Source of the DNA: Nocardioides sp.
Lineage (GTDB): Bacteria > Actinomycetota > Actinomycetes > Propionibacteriales > Nocardioidaceae
NCBI RefSeq assembly: GCF_036267815.1
Contig: NZ_DATAVI010000065.1
Span: 20,383-84,382, forward strand
Reading direction: 5' to 3'
Length of the DNA: 64,000 nucleotides
The notes under the pieces were generated by a model that had not been told where the DNA came from, did not search any database, and worked only from the letters and a program-made list of their open reading frames with translations. The position numbers and the translations under genes are program-made. This document shows positions 8,859-19,016 of the stretch, piece after piece (within the stretch, counting starts at the first letter, position 1; each line of letters begins with the position of its first letter).

Positions 8859-11800
8859 ATGAGACCCAGCTTCACCACGTCGGCACGCCGGGTGGCCGTG
8901 GCGCTGACCACGGCAGCAGCAGCCGCGGCAGCGGTGGCGTCGGTCCCGGCGCAGGCCTCCGTGCGACACGACGCGCCTGCGCGGCCGGCCTCGGCCGGGT
9001 TGGGCTCCGGGCTGGACACCACGGGTTCGGCGGCAGCGCGGGCGACCCGGCCACAGGTGGTGACACTGGTGACCGGCGACCGGGTGTCGATCCGCCACGA
9101 CGCGTCCGGCCGGACGATCGCCTCCCTGGTGCCCGGGTCGCCCCACTACGGCAAGCCCGTCGAGTTCGTGACCACTCCCACCCACACCTGGGTCGTGCCG
9201 AAGCTGAGGCCCTCGGTGCGCCGCCGGTTCGACACCTCGGTCTTCGACGTGGCGGCGCTCGCCCGCTCGGGCCGCGTCGCGCTGCGGGTGACGTTCGCCA
9301 AGGGGATGGCGCCACGCGGTCTGCCCGGGCTCGGGCTCCGGGCCGGCACGACCCGCCGCGCCGCCGGTGGCCGGACCACCGCCCTGGCGTCGTACGACGC
9401 ACGGCGGGCGCTCCCCGCGTCGTTCGCCGCGTCCCTGCACGGCGTGCGCCGGATCTCGCTCGCCGACCCCGTCGTGCCGCCCACGTCGGACTACGAGCTG
9501 CACACCTTGACCATCGACGCGACGACGCCGGGTGGCAAGCCGCTCCCCGAGGACGACGTGTACCTGCTGAACGCCGACGACTACCGGCTCTTCGACACCC
9601 TGGGTGGGATCGTCGACGGGCAGTGGAAGGTCTCGGTGCCGACGGGCAACTACTTCGTCGTGGTCAGCACCTTCGACCGCGTCGTCGTGCGCGAGGTCAG
9701 CGTCGCAGACGCCGACACGGAGACCTCCTTGTCCATGGCCGACGCCTCGGTGAAGCCGCGGATGCAGGCGCCGCCGGGCTTCAGGGCGGTCGACCCGGAG
9801 TTCACGATCGGCGGCTCCGACCAGCCCGGCGCCGGCAGCTTCGGGTTCGGGTTCTCCGGCATGTTCCCGAGAGTCAGCCCGGTCACCGACCTGGCCGCAG
9901 GCACGCTGTTCACCGAGGTCTCCGACATCTGGACTCCGAAGAGCTACCACCCGGTCACGTTCCCCCACGGGCAGCCCAAGACCCACGCCGTCAAGCGAAT
10001 CGTCGCGGCCAAGCAGGTGCGCACGGGGATCCCGCACAACCTGACCTTCGCCTACCACAAGAGGGCCTACGCCAACGTCACGGTCAAGCACTACTCCACG
10101 GGCGCCAAGCAGGCGTCGGTGGACAGCTGGCTCGCGTTCAGCCCGGTCGACCGGGGCGTCTTCGGCCTGTCGTTCGCCACCGTTCGGCCCGGCATCGTCC
10201 ACGCGTCGCTGCTGGCGAGCAAGGACCTCGTCTGGGACACCTCGACCGCGCTGAGCCCAGACCCCCGGACCTTCGGCGAGCTCGACCAGCTCGCCGTCTA
10301 CCACCGCGGCCAGCACCCGACGGTGCCGTTCTTCCGCGGGCCGGTCACGCCGGTGGCCGACCGGGGCGGAGAGTCCAGGCGGGTCACCTCGGCGTGTGAG
10401 CTCTGCGTCATCGACGGCACCCTGCTCGGCTCCCTGGCCATGGTCTCCAGCGCCGGCACCGACCAGTTCGGGATCAGCGACCACGGCAGGTTCAAGGTCA
10501 GCCACGGCGGTCGCGTGCTCAGCAAGGGCACCACCTTCCTCCAACCCGCCGTGAAGGGCGTGAGGCCGGGTCAGCATCTCCGGCTCGTGGCGAGCACGAG
10601 GCCACCGGACAAGGAGTACGCCCTGTCCAGCAGGGTCGACGACGCGTGGAAGCTCCCGGTCCCCTCCCGGCGTCGGGCGATCGTGCCGATCCTGCGCGCG
10701 TCGTACGTCCCGCCGGAGAGCATCAACGGCGTCGGCAAGGTGGGCAGGGTGGCCTACCCGGTCACCTTCGACAATCTCGGGCCGATCGACGCGCGGGTCG
10801 CCAAGGCGTCGGTGACGTGGTCGGTGGACGGCAAGCACTGGCATGCCGCGACCCTGAGGCGCACCAGCAGGAACACGTTCCGCGTCTCCTACCAGGACCC
10901 CTCCGCGAGCAAGGCTCACCCGTACCTCAGCCTCCGGGTGTCGGCCCGCGACGCCGCCGGCAGGTCGATCGCCGAGACGGTGCGGCATGCCTACGCGCTA
11001 CCGCACGGCTCGACGAGGCGCACGCTGGCCTCGACTCCCCAGCGCAAGCGCGATCGGTTCCACCCGGGCAGGCTCTGTCGCACCTCCGAGAAGCACCGCT
11101 ACTCCTGCTTCGTGAGGCTCGGGCGGCAGACCAGGGCGACCGGTCGCGCGACCACCGACCCGGCCGGCTGGGGAGCGACGGCGCTGCGCGACGCCTACGG
11201 CATCGGTGCCGACGACGGCACACCGGACACCATCGCGGTGATCGACGCCTTCGGCTACCCGCACGCCGAGCAGGACATGAACGCCTACCGCGCTCAGTAC
11301 GGGCTGCCCGCCTGCACCAAGGCCAGCGGATGCTTCGAGAAGCTCAACCAGAGCGGCTCCGCCGGCAACTACCCCCAGCAGGACTACGACTGGGGCGTCG
11401 AGACGGCGCTGGATCTTCAGATGGCCTCCACCGCGTGCCCGACCTGTCACATCGTCCTGGTGGAGGCCGACGACCCCTCGGACCGGTCGTTCTTCGCCTC
11501 CGAGCAGACGGCGGTGAACGCCGGGGCGACGGTGACCAGCCACTCCTTCGGGCGGATCGAGCTGACCGGTGCCGAGGCCGATGCGGCCCACTACGAGCAT
11601 GACGGTGTCACGGCCGTGGCCTCGACCGGAGACGCCGGCTACGGCCCGGCCAGCTTCCCGGCCAGCTCGCCGGACGTCGTGGCCGTCGGCGGCACCAGGC
11701 TGGCTCGTTCGAGCACCGACCCTCGCGGATGGACCGAGCAGGCGTGGTCCGGGGCGAGCTCGGGCTGCTCGGCGTACTTCGACAAGCCGGCCGGGCAGCC

Positions 11801-12152
11801 GGGCACGGCCTGCCACAACCGCTCGATCGCCGACGTCTCGGCAGTCGCCCGTGGGATCGCGGTCTACGACACCTCGCTGCCGAAGCCGTACCGCGGCTGG
11901 CTCAAGGTCAACGGCACCAGTGCCTCGGCCCCGCTCGTCGCGGGCATGATCGCCTCGGTCGACGGCGCCGGTGTCGGTCCGGAGGACCTCTACGCGGAGT
12001 ACGCCGGCAACGCCGCGTCGTTCAACGACGTGGTCGGCGGGTCCAACGGATTCTGCGAGCACAGCTACATCTGCACCGGCGTTCCGGGATACGACGGCCC
12101 GACCGGCCTGGGCAGCCCCAGCTCCCCCGCGGTATTCGCCCCACCCGCCTGA
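8859..12152 (+). CDS. Large secreted protein with C-terminal S53 (sedolisin-type) peptidase domain, paralog 1
   Basis: Signal peptide (AQA); VETALD (Glu/Asp), STGDAG, GTSASAP (Ser); RBS GAAAGG. Confidence 0.85.
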   Translation: MRPSFTTSARRVAVALTTAAAAAAAVASVPAQASVRHDAPARPASAGLGSGLDTTGSAAARATRPQVVTLVTGDRVSIRHDASGRTIASLVPGSPHYGKPVEFVTTPTHTWVVPKLRPSVRRRFDTSVFDVAALARSGRVALRVTFAKGMAPRGLPGLGLRAGTTRRAAGGRTTALASYDARRALPASFAASLHGVRRISLADPVVPPTSDYELHTLTIDATTPGGKPLPEDDVYLLNADDYRLFDTLGGIVDGQWKVSVPTGNYFVVVSTFDRVVVREVSVADADTETSLSMADASVKPRMQAPPGFRAVDPEFTIGGSDQPGAGSFGFGFSGMFPRVSPVTDLAAGTLFTEVSDIWTPKSYHPVTFPHGQPKTHAVKRIVAAKQVRTGIPHNLTFAYHKRAYANVTVKHYSTGAKQASVDSWLAFSPVDRGVFGLSFATVRPGIVHASLLASKDLVWDTSTALSPDPRTFGELDQLAVYHRGQHPTVPFFRGPVTPVADRGGESRRVTSACELCVIDGTLLGSLAMVSSAGTDQFGISDHGRFKVSHGGRVLSKGTTFLQPAVKGVRPGQHLRLVASTRPPDKEYALSSRVDDAWKLPVPSRRRAIVPILRASYVPPESINGVGKVGRVAYPVTFDNLGPIDARVAKASVTWSVDGKHWHAATLRRTSRNTFRVSYQDPSASKAHPYLSLRVSARDAAGRSIAETVRHAYALPHGSTRRTLASTPQRKRDRFHPGRLCRTSEKHRYSCFVRLGRQTRATGRATTDPAGWGATALRDAYGIGADDGTPDTIAVIDAFGYPHAEQDMNAYRAQYGLPACTKASGCFEKLNQSGSAGNYPQQDYDWGVETALDLQMASTACPTCHIVLVEADDPSDRSFFASEQTAVNAGATVTSHSFGRIELTGAEADAAHYEHDGVTAVASTGDAGYGPASFPASSPDVVAVGGTRLARSSTDPRGWTEQAWSGASSGCSAYFDKPAGQPGTACHNRSIADVSAVARGIAVYDTSLPKPYRGWLKVNGTSASAPLVAGMIASVDGAGVGPEDLYAEYAGNAASFNDVVGGSNGFCEHSYICTGVPGYDGPTGLGSPSSPAVFAPPA

Positions 12153-12297
12153 CGGACCCCACCGGCTCCGTCCCCCGCGGGTCAGCGTTGACTCGTCGGG
12201 GACGCAGCACCAAGAACTCTGGGGGTGTGACGAGGGACGCGGGCGTCTGTCGCGTGATCCACTACGCGTTGCGACGGGTCGTTCTTGAGAGGGTGTC

Positions 12298-15200
12298 ATG
12301 CGTCCTGGTTCCGCCGTGTTTCGATCCTGGTCCGGGTTGGCCATCGTCGCCGCCTTCGCGATGTGCCTCGCGGCGCTTGCCGTGCCGACAGCCCACGCCG
12401 GTACGGCCCCGCTGGTCCCGGCGTTGAAGTCGGAGGCCACGCGACCGAGCGCCACCGGGTCGGCCCAATCGGCCAGCAGGTCGGCCAGCAGGTCGACCAG
12501 CAGGTCGGCCAGCAGGTCGGCCACCTCGTCGAGGGTCGTCACGCTGATCACCGGTGACCGCGTGCGGATCGGCCACGGCCCGTCGGGCCGGGTGGTGACC
12601 TCGCTGACCCCGGGCTCACCCCACTACGGAGAACCGGTCCAGACGATCCGGACCCCAGGTCACATCTGGGTGATCCCGGCACTGGCCACCGGTGTTCGTG
12701 AGCGGCTGGATCCCGCAGTGTTCGACGTCACGGCGCTGGCCCGCACCCCGCAGGTCTCCCTGCGGCTCACGTTCGCCAGGAACGTGAGTCCGCGCAGCCT
12801 CCCGGGCCTCACGCTCGCCACCCACGGTGCGCGCACCCTGCCGAACGGCCGGACCACCGCGGTGGCGTCGTACGACGCTCGCCGTCCGCTCCCCGCGAGC
12901 CTGATCAGCTCACTGCGGGGCGTGGCGCGGGTCGCGCCTGCCCGGAGCCAGTCACCAGCCACCGCCGGATACCAGCTGCATCGGCTGACCATCCGGGTCA
13001 AGGGCGCGCACGGCACGCCCCTGCCCTTTGGGAGTGTGTTCCTCCTCAACACCCACGACGCCAGGCTGTTCGCCTACTTCGGGGCCGTGATCGACGGCCA
13101 GTGGAAGGTCCGGGTCCCCCAGGGTCACTACCTCGCCTTCGTCAACGACGCCCGCTTCCACTACGCGCTCGTCGGGCAGGCCAGGGTGTCCGACGGCGAC
13201 GCGCACATCCATCTCGCGGTGGCCCATGCCACGGTGCGGCCGAAGGTCGGTGCGCCGCCGGGCTTCGTCCGGTCGTTCGCCGACCTCGAGGTGCTCGGCT
13301 TCGACTCCAAGCACCACAGCGCGTCCTACAGCGTCGGACTGAGCGGCGCCGCACCCCGGCTGACCCCGTTGACCCATGCCGCGGGGCGGCTGACCACGGA
13401 GGTTTCGACGACCTGGACCCCCCGCGGGTTCGGGCCGAAGAGCCACCGTCCGGTGAGCAGGGTCGTCATGTCGAAGTTCCTGCGTCACGGCATCCCGCCG
13501 CACCTCGTTTTCCCCTACCAGCCGAGGCGATACGCCGACGTCACGATCGCGAGCCACGCGACCGGGACCAAGCGGCAGCGGCAGACGACCTCGATGTACG
13601 CCCTCGACCGCCGTGACAACGCCGTCGCGCCCACGCAGGTGACGACCGCCCGCCCCGGCATCCTGCATGCCCGCCTGCTCGGCGGCAAGAACCTCGGCTG
13701 GTTCGTCTCCAGCGCGTTCACGGCCGGGCGGAACCAGGTCGACATGGAGGCCATCAGGAAGTTCCGCCGCGGCCAGCACGCCGTCCTGCCGCTCTTCCGC
13801 GGACCGTTGGCGCCGTTCACCGATCGGACTGTGCACGACCCCAAGATGTTCGGTCCGAGGATCTGCCCCGTCTGTGTGGTCCACGGTGCCCTGACGGGAT
13901 TCTCGCCGCTCATCTCCAGCGCCGGCACCAGCCTGGGGGGCGACATCACCTCGGGCCGGTTCGCCGTGTTCTCGGGTCATCGGCGACTCGTCGCCGGCAT
14001 TGCCGCGATCCGTCCGGAGGTGGCGCACGTGGAGCCCGGTGAGCGGTTGCGGCTGGTGACGAGCACGACATCGCCAGGCAAGGACTACACGCTCTCGAGC
14101 CGTGTCCACGACGTCTTCCGCTTCCGCGTGCCGAAGACCGGACACGGTCCGGTGCCTGTCCTGCGCGCGTCGTACGTGCCGCCGGCGAACCTCAGCGGGG
14201 TGGGCCCGGCCGGCCCGGTGGCCTTCCCGATCACCTTCGACAACATCGGCCCGGCCGCGGCCAGGGTGAGCCACGCGAAGGTGCGGTGGTCCACCGACGG
14301 CAAGAGCTGGCATCGCGCCAGGCTCAGCCGTCTCGACAAGAACACCTTCCAGGTCCACGTCCGCAACCCGACGTCGACAGCGTCTCAGAAGTACGTCGAC
14401 CTCGAGGTCCAGGCCCGCGACGCGGCCGGCAGGTCGGTCTCCGAGAGCGTCACCCACGCCTACCTGCTGCCCGCGCGGGTTGGCCGCGCCACCGGTAGCG
14501 GCTCGGCGTCCGGGTCGACTCCACGCACGCTCCGGGTCGGCAACCTGTGCGGCAAGCCGACCCGACACCGTCACGCCTGCTTCGTACAGCTCGCGGCTCG
14601 CCCACCCGGGGTCTCCCGGGGCGCCGCGCGGCCGGACGGCTGGGGTGCCGGGGATCTCGCCGACGCCTATCGCATCGGTAGCCCGGCCGGCACTCCGGGA
14701 ACGATCGCCGTGATCGACGCCTACGGCTACCCGCATGCCGAGGCCGACATGAACGCCTACCGTGCTCACTACGGCCTTCCGGCGTGCACGACGAGCAACG
14801 GCTGCTTCCAGAAGCTGAACCAGAGGGGCGACCAGAGCGACTACCCCAAGCCGGACGCGGCCTGGGGGGTGGAGACCGCCCTCGACCTCCAGATGGTCTC
14901 TGCTGCATGTCGGTCCTGCCACATCATCCTGGTCGAGGCGAACAACGCCGGCCTCGCTCTCGACAGGGCGGAGAGGACAGCCGTGAACGCGGGAGCCACG
15001 GTGACAAGCCACTCCTTCGGCATCCTGGAGACCCACGGGGTCCGCAAGATGGCGGGCCTCTACGACCATCCCGGCGTGACCGCGGTCGCGTCGACCGGCG
15101 ACGACGGCTACGGACCACCGAACTTCCCCGCGAGCTCGCCCAAGGTCGTGGCCGTGGGCGGCACGGTGCTCGAGCGGTCGGACCCCAGTCGGCGGGATGC

Positions 15201-15618
15201 GTGGGCCGAGACCGCCTGGGCGTACTCCGCATCCGGCTGCTCGGCGTACTTCGCGAAGCCGAAGGGCCAGGCCGACACCAGGTGCTCGGGCCGCATGATC
15301 GCCGACATCTCCGCCGTCGCCGAGGACCTGGCCATCTACGACACGTCTGTGCCGAAGCCGGACCGAGGATGGCTCACCGTTGACGGCACGAGCGCCTCGG
15401 CTCCCCTCGTGGCGGGGATGATCGCGCTCGCCGGAGGCGGTGGCCTCCGGCCGTCCCTGTTGTACGCCGATCGCCCCCAGCAGGACTTCAACGACGTCAC
15501 GTCGGGGTCGAACGGCTTCTGCCGACGTAGTTACCTGTGCACCGGCGTACCCGGCTATGACGGTCCGACCGGTCTCGGCACCCCCAGCTCTCCAGCGGTC
15601 TTCGCTCCACCCGCCTAG
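12298..15618 (+). CDS. Large secreted protein with C-terminal S53 peptidase domain, paralog 2
   Basis: Same architecture; VETALD, STGDDG, GTSASAP; ends in the same PSSPAVFAPPA. Confidence 0.85.
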   Translation: MRPGSAVFRSWSGLAIVAAFAMCLAALAVPTAHAGTAPLVPALKSEATRPSATGSAQSASRSASRSTSRSASRSATSSRVVTLITGDRVRIGHGPSGRVVTSLTPGSPHYGEPVQTIRTPGHIWVIPALATGVRERLDPAVFDVTALARTPQVSLRLTFARNVSPRSLPGLTLATHGARTLPNGRTTAVASYDARRPLPASLISSLRGVARVAPARSQSPATAGYQLHRLTIRVKGAHGTPLPFGSVFLLNTHDARLFAYFGAVIDGQWKVRVPQGHYLAFVNDARFHYALVGQARVSDGDAHIHLAVAHATVRPKVGAPPGFVRSFADLEVLGFDSKHHSASYSVGLSGAAPRLTPLTHAAGRLTTEVSTTWTPRGFGPKSHRPVSRVVMSKFLRHGIPPHLVFPYQPRRYADVTIASHATGTKRQRQTTSMYALDRRDNAVAPTQVTTARPGILHARLLGGKNLGWFVSSAFTAGRNQVDMEAIRKFRRGQHAVLPLFRGPLAPFTDRTVHDPKMFGPRICPVCVVHGALTGFSPLISSAGTSLGGDITSGRFAVFSGHRRLVAGIAAIRPEVAHVEPGERLRLVTSTTSPGKDYTLSSRVHDVFRFRVPKTGHGPVPVLRASYVPPANLSGVGPAGPVAFPITFDNIGPAAARVSHAKVRWSTDGKSWHRARLSRLDKNTFQVHVRNPTSTASQKYVDLEVQARDAAGRSVSESVTHAYLLPARVGRATGSGSASGSTPRTLRVGNLCGKPTRHRHACFVQLAARPPGVSRGAARPDGWGAGDLADAYRIGSPAGTPGTIAVIDAYGYPHAEADMNAYRAHYGLPACTTSNGCFQKLNQRGDQSDYPKPDAAWGVETALDLQMVSAACRSCHIILVEANNAGLALDRAERTAVNAGATVTSHSFGILETHGVRKMAGLYDHPGVTAVASTGDDGYGPPNFPASSPKVVAVGGTVLERSDPSRRDAWAETAWAYSASGCSAYFAKPKGQADTRCSGRMIADISAVAEDLAIYDTSVPKPDRGWLTVDGTSASAPLVAGMIALAGGGGLRPSLLYADRPQQDFNDVTSGSNGFCRRSYLCTGVPGYDGPTGLGTPSSPAVFAPPA
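12469..12524 (+). repeat. In-frame 12-bp tandem repeat (TCGGCCAGCAGG x4 plus partial) encoding SASR-type units
   Basis: Read directly; lies just after the signal peptide and is absent from paralog 1. Confidence 0.9.
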
Positions 15619-15658
15619 CGCTGACCGGCCAGGAGCAACACCCAGAGTGCTGCCGGAC

Positions 15659-15733
15659 TTCCTGGCCTCTCTTGTCACTTCTTGGCCGCTGCATCCCCCA
15701 AGAAGTGCCAAATCCCCCGCTTCAGCGGGGGTT
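15659..15733. repeat. Double-hairpin dispersed repeat (family 2), intergenic copy
   Basis: TTCCTGGCCTCTC...CACTTCTTGG/CCAAGAAGTG...AATCCCCCGC-TTCA-GCGGGGG; second copy at 52320. Confidence 0.8.
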
Positions 15734-15779
15734 CCGACGAACACCCAGCAGCACAGCAGGCAAGGAGGGGGCGGTCGGG

Positions 15780-17657
15780 TCAGAAGGCAGACTCGGGCAG
15801 ATCCATGAGGGACAGGTCGGTGGCCTCGGCGATGCGACGCTCCGCGGCCAGGCGCGGCAGCGTGGTCTGGGCGAAGAACTGCGCGGCCGCGACCTTGCCC
15901 TCGTAGAACGCGTGGTCGCGGTCCGAGACCTCGCCGGCCAGGTTGTCGAGGGCGACCTGCGCGCCGCGGAGCATCAGCCAGGAGCAGACCAGGTCGCCGA
16001 GCACCATGAGGAGCCGGCTGGTGTTCAGGCCGACCTTGTAGATGTTGCGGACGTCGCCGCCCTCGGCCGACGGGTCGGCGCTCATGAGGTCGTCGATCAT
16101 GTGCCCGACGATGGCCTGGGCGTCCTCGAGCCCCTGCGCGAGCAGCCCGCGCTCGACCTTGAGCCGGCCGTTTCCGCCTTCGGTGTCGAGGAAGGCCTGG
16201 ATCTCGGCGGCGAGGTGGCCCAGCGCGCGGCCCTGGTCCTTCACGATCTTGCGGAAGAACAGGTCCTGGCCCTGGATCGCGGTCGTGCCCTCGTAGAGGG
16301 TGTCGATCTTCGCGTCGCGGACGTACTGCTCGATCGGGTAGTCGGTGAGGAAGCCGGAGCCGCCGAAGGTCTGGAGCGCCTCGGTGCCCAGCAGCACCCA
16401 CGACCGCTCGGAGCCGTAGCCCTTGACGATCGGCAGCAGCAGGTCGTTCACGGCCATCGCGAGCTCGTCCTTCTCGCCGCGATGCTCGGCGAGCGCGACC
16501 TGGTCCTGCCACGACGCGGTGTAGAGCACGAGCGCCCGCATCGCCTCCACGCACGCCTTCTGCGTCATCAGCGAGCGGCGTACGTCGGGATGGTGGGTGA
16601 TCCTCACGCGGGGAGCGGCCTTGTCCCCGGCCTGCGTCAGGTCGGCGCCCTGCACGCGCTCCTTGGCGAACTCCAGAGCGTTGAGGTACCCGGTGGAGAG
16701 GGTGGCGATGGCCTTGGTGCCGACCATCATCCGCGCGTTCTCGATCACCTGGAACATCTGCGCGATGCCGTGGTGCACCTCGCCCAGCAGCCAGCCCCGG
16801 GCCGGCTCGCCACCGCCGACTCCGGAGTCGCCGAAGGTCAGCTCGCAGGTGTTGGAGACCTTGATCCCCATCTTGTGCTCGACGCCGGTGACGTAGACGC
16901 CGTTGCGCTCGCCGGTCAGCTCACCGGTCTCGACGTCGAAGTGGAGCTTCGGCACGATGAACAGGCTCAGGCCCTTGGTGCCCGGGCCGCCGGCGCCCTC
17001 GACGCCCTGCGGGCGGGCGAGCACCATGTGGATGACGTTGTCGCTCAGGTCGCTCTCGGCCGAGGTGATGAAGCGCTTGACTCCGGCGACGTTCCAGGTG
17101 CCGTCGTCGTTCGGCGTGGCGACGGTCCGACCGGCGCCGACGTCGGAGCCGGCGTCCGGCTCGGTGAGCACCATCGTGGTGACCCAGCCCTTGTCGACGA
17201 TCAGCCTCGCGATCCTCTTGTCGCGCTCGTTGCCGTTGCGGTTCAGGACGCCCGCGAACATCGGGCCCGCGCCGTACATCCACACGGCGGGGTTGGCGCC
17301 GAGCACCATCTCGCCGAGAGCCCACTCCAGCGACGACGGTCCGGGCGTGCCACCGAGCTCGGCGTGGGTGCCCAGGCGCCAGTACTCCGCATCCATCCAC
17401 GCCCGGTAGCTCTTCTTGAACGCCGCCGGCACGGGCGCGGTGTGGGTCTCGGGGTCGAAGACCGGAGGGTTGCGGTCGGCCTCCTCGAACGACACCGCGA
17501 GCTCCTCGCGAGCCATCCGGTCGACCTCGGCCAGGATCTCGCGTGCCGTCTGGCCGTCGACCTCGGAGAAGGGGCCGGTCCCCAGGACGTCGTCGCGCCC
17601 GAGCACCTCGAAGAGGTTGAACTCGATGTCGCGAAGGTTGCTCTTGTAGTGACCCAT
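15780..17657 (-). CDS. Acyl-CoA dehydrogenase, FadE5-like long form
   Basis: [20 protein letters not shown]-terminus; [13 protein letters not shown]; YEGTTAIQ. Confidence 0.9.
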   Translation of the reverse strand: MGHYKSNLRDIEFNLFEVLGRDDVLGTGPFSEVDGQTAREILAEVDRMAREELAVSFEEADRNPPVFDPETHTAPVPAAFKKSYRAWMDAEYWRLGTHAELGGTPGPSSLEWALGEMVLGANPAVWMYGAGPMFAGVLNRNGNERDKRIARLIVDKGWVTTMVLTEPDAGSDVGAGRTVATPNDDGTWNVAGVKRFITSAESDLSDNVIHMVLARPQGVEGAGGPGTKGLSLFIVPKLHFDVETGELTGERNGVYVTGVEHKMGIKVSNTCELTFGDSGVGGGEPARGWLLGEVHHGIAQMFQVIENARMMVGTKAIATLSTGYLNALEFAKERVQGADLTQAGDKAAPRVRITHHPDVRRSLMTQKACVEAMRALVLYTASWQDQVALAEHRGEKDELAMAVNDLLLPIVKGYGSERSWVLLGTEALQTFGGSGFLTDYPIEQYVRDAKIDTLYEGTTAIQGQDLFFRKIVKDQGRALGHLAAEIQAFLDTEGGNGRLKVERGLLAQGLEDAQAIVGHMIDDLMSADPSAEGGDVRNIYKVGLNTSRLLMVLGDLVCSWLMLRGAQVALDNLAGEVSDRDHAFYEGKVAAAQFFAQTTLPRLAAERRIAEATDLSLMDLPESAF

Positions 17658-17716
17658 GACCTACCTGTTCACGTCGGCTGGATGTCGGCTGCGGCTCGGC
17701 GGCCTCCGGCCACCGG

Positions 17717-17733
17717 TACTACTCGTCAGTAAC
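17717..17733. promoter_or_regulatory. Possible palindromic operator TACT-N4-AGTA upstream of the acyl-CoA dehydrogenase
   Basis: AT-rich inverted repeat about 65 bp upstream of the start; cognate regulator not in view. Confidence 0.3.
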
Positions 17734-17872
17734 TTAATCGTGCCTCGTCGCGGGAGGAATGGCAACCGACTCCGGGCCACGGCGCTGCCCCGACAGCGTT
17801 CCTGCGCCTTCGATGTGAGCGAGACCACGCTCGAATTCCGAGTTCCGGGACGGGGTCTGCGAGACTGCGCGC

Positions 17873-18340
17873 ATGCGAGTGTCAGCCAAGGCCGACTACG
17901 CGCTACGCGCCCTGATCGAGATGGCCGCACGCGCGGATGACGAGGGGGCTCGGCCGGTGAGCGCCGAGGAGCTCGGTCGCCTCCAGGACATTCCGCACAA
18001 CTTCCTCCAGGCGATCCTCGCCGACCTGCGCAAGGCGGGCATCGTCCACGCCCAGCGTGGTCAGTCCGGAGGCTGGAAGCTGGCCAAGGCCGCCGGCGCC
18101 GTCTCCGTTGCCGACGTGATCCGAGCGGTCGACGGCCCCCTGGTGTCGGTCTACGGCCTGCGCCCCGAGGCGGTCTCGTACAACGAGCGCGCGGACGCGC
18201 TCCAGCGGGTGTGGATCGCGGCACGGCACTCCCTGCGCGACGTGTTCGAGCAGGTGAGCGTCGCCGATCTCGCGAGCGGCACGCTCCCGCCCGACGTCGC
18301 CGCCCTCACCGAGGACGAGGACGCCTGGCAGCCCCACTGA
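17873..18340 (+). CDS. Rrf2 family transcriptional regulator (no Fe-S cysteines)
   Basis: SAKADYALRAL, RGQSGG motifs. Confidence 0.9.
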   Translation: MRVSAKADYALRALIEMAARADDEGARPVSAEELGRLQDIPHNFLQAILADLRKAGIVHAQRGQSGGWKLAKAAGAVSVADVIRAVDGPLVSVYGLRPEAVSYNERADALQRVWIAARHSLRDVFEQVSVADLASGTLPPDVAALTEDEDAWQPH

Positions 18341-18359
18341 CCCGCCGGTCAACGATGGG

Positions 18360-18992
18360 TCACTCGGCGTCGGTGACCCATTCCACGAACGGGCGCAGGG
18401 TGCGCCAGTCGTCGCGCACGGCCTCGAGCAGCTCGGTGGTGTGGATGATCGGCTCGAAGCCGTAGTCGTGACCGATCGTCAGCGACTTGTGGCGCAACAG
18501 CCCGATCCGTGGGTGGCTGAGGTCGTAGCCGCGCGGCGCCGTCTTCAGCATGTGGCCGCCGATGACCCAGCCGTTGGCCTCCAGGCGCTTGATCATCAGG
18601 GCCAGGTCGTTGCCGAGCCGGTCGTCGTCGATGGCCGCCCGGATGGACGCGATCCGCTGGCCGCTCGCGTCGTAGAAGCCGGCGCCGGTGCGGACCCCGC
18701 GAGCGGAGATCTCGACGTACCACCCGGTAGCCGGGCCGACCTCGATGAACGCCCCCTGGGCGGTCTTGTAGGGCGTCTTGTCCTTGGCGAACCGCACGTC
18801 GCGGTAGGGGCGGAACACCTTGGCGTCGCCGAACTCCTCGGCGAGCCCTGCGCAGAGGGCCACCATGGGACGTCTCACGGAGTACTCGTAGGTGCCTTTG
18901 TGCTTCTCCCAGAACGACTTGGTGTTGTCGGCCTCGAGGTCGTCGTAGAAGTCGAGCGCCTGGCTGGGGAACCCGGTGAAGTCGGCAGGCAT
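18360..18992 (-). CDS. DUF2461 family protein
   Basis: FRPYRDVRFAKDKTPYK; LKTAPRGY. Confidence 0.85.
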   Translation of the reverse strand: MPADFTGFPSQALDFYDDLEADNTKSFWEKHKGTYEYSVRRPMVALCAGLAEEFGDAKVFRPYRDVRFAKDKTPYKTAQGAFIEVGPATGWYVEISARGVRTGAGFYDASGQRIASIRAAIDDDRLGNDLALMIKRLEANGWVIGGHMLKTAPRGYDLSHPRIGLLRHKSLTIGHDYGFEPIIHTTELLEAVRDDWRTLRPFVEWVTDAE

Positions 18993-19016
18993 GGCCACCA
19001 CCCTACGTGCCGGAGG

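Noticed and set aside
12952-16554. Very long alternative-frame and antisense ORFs (also 55069-57969, 6148-8838, 8835-10988 and others)
   Set aside because: Shadow ORFs of GC-rich genes; Arg/Gly/Pro-rich with no motifs
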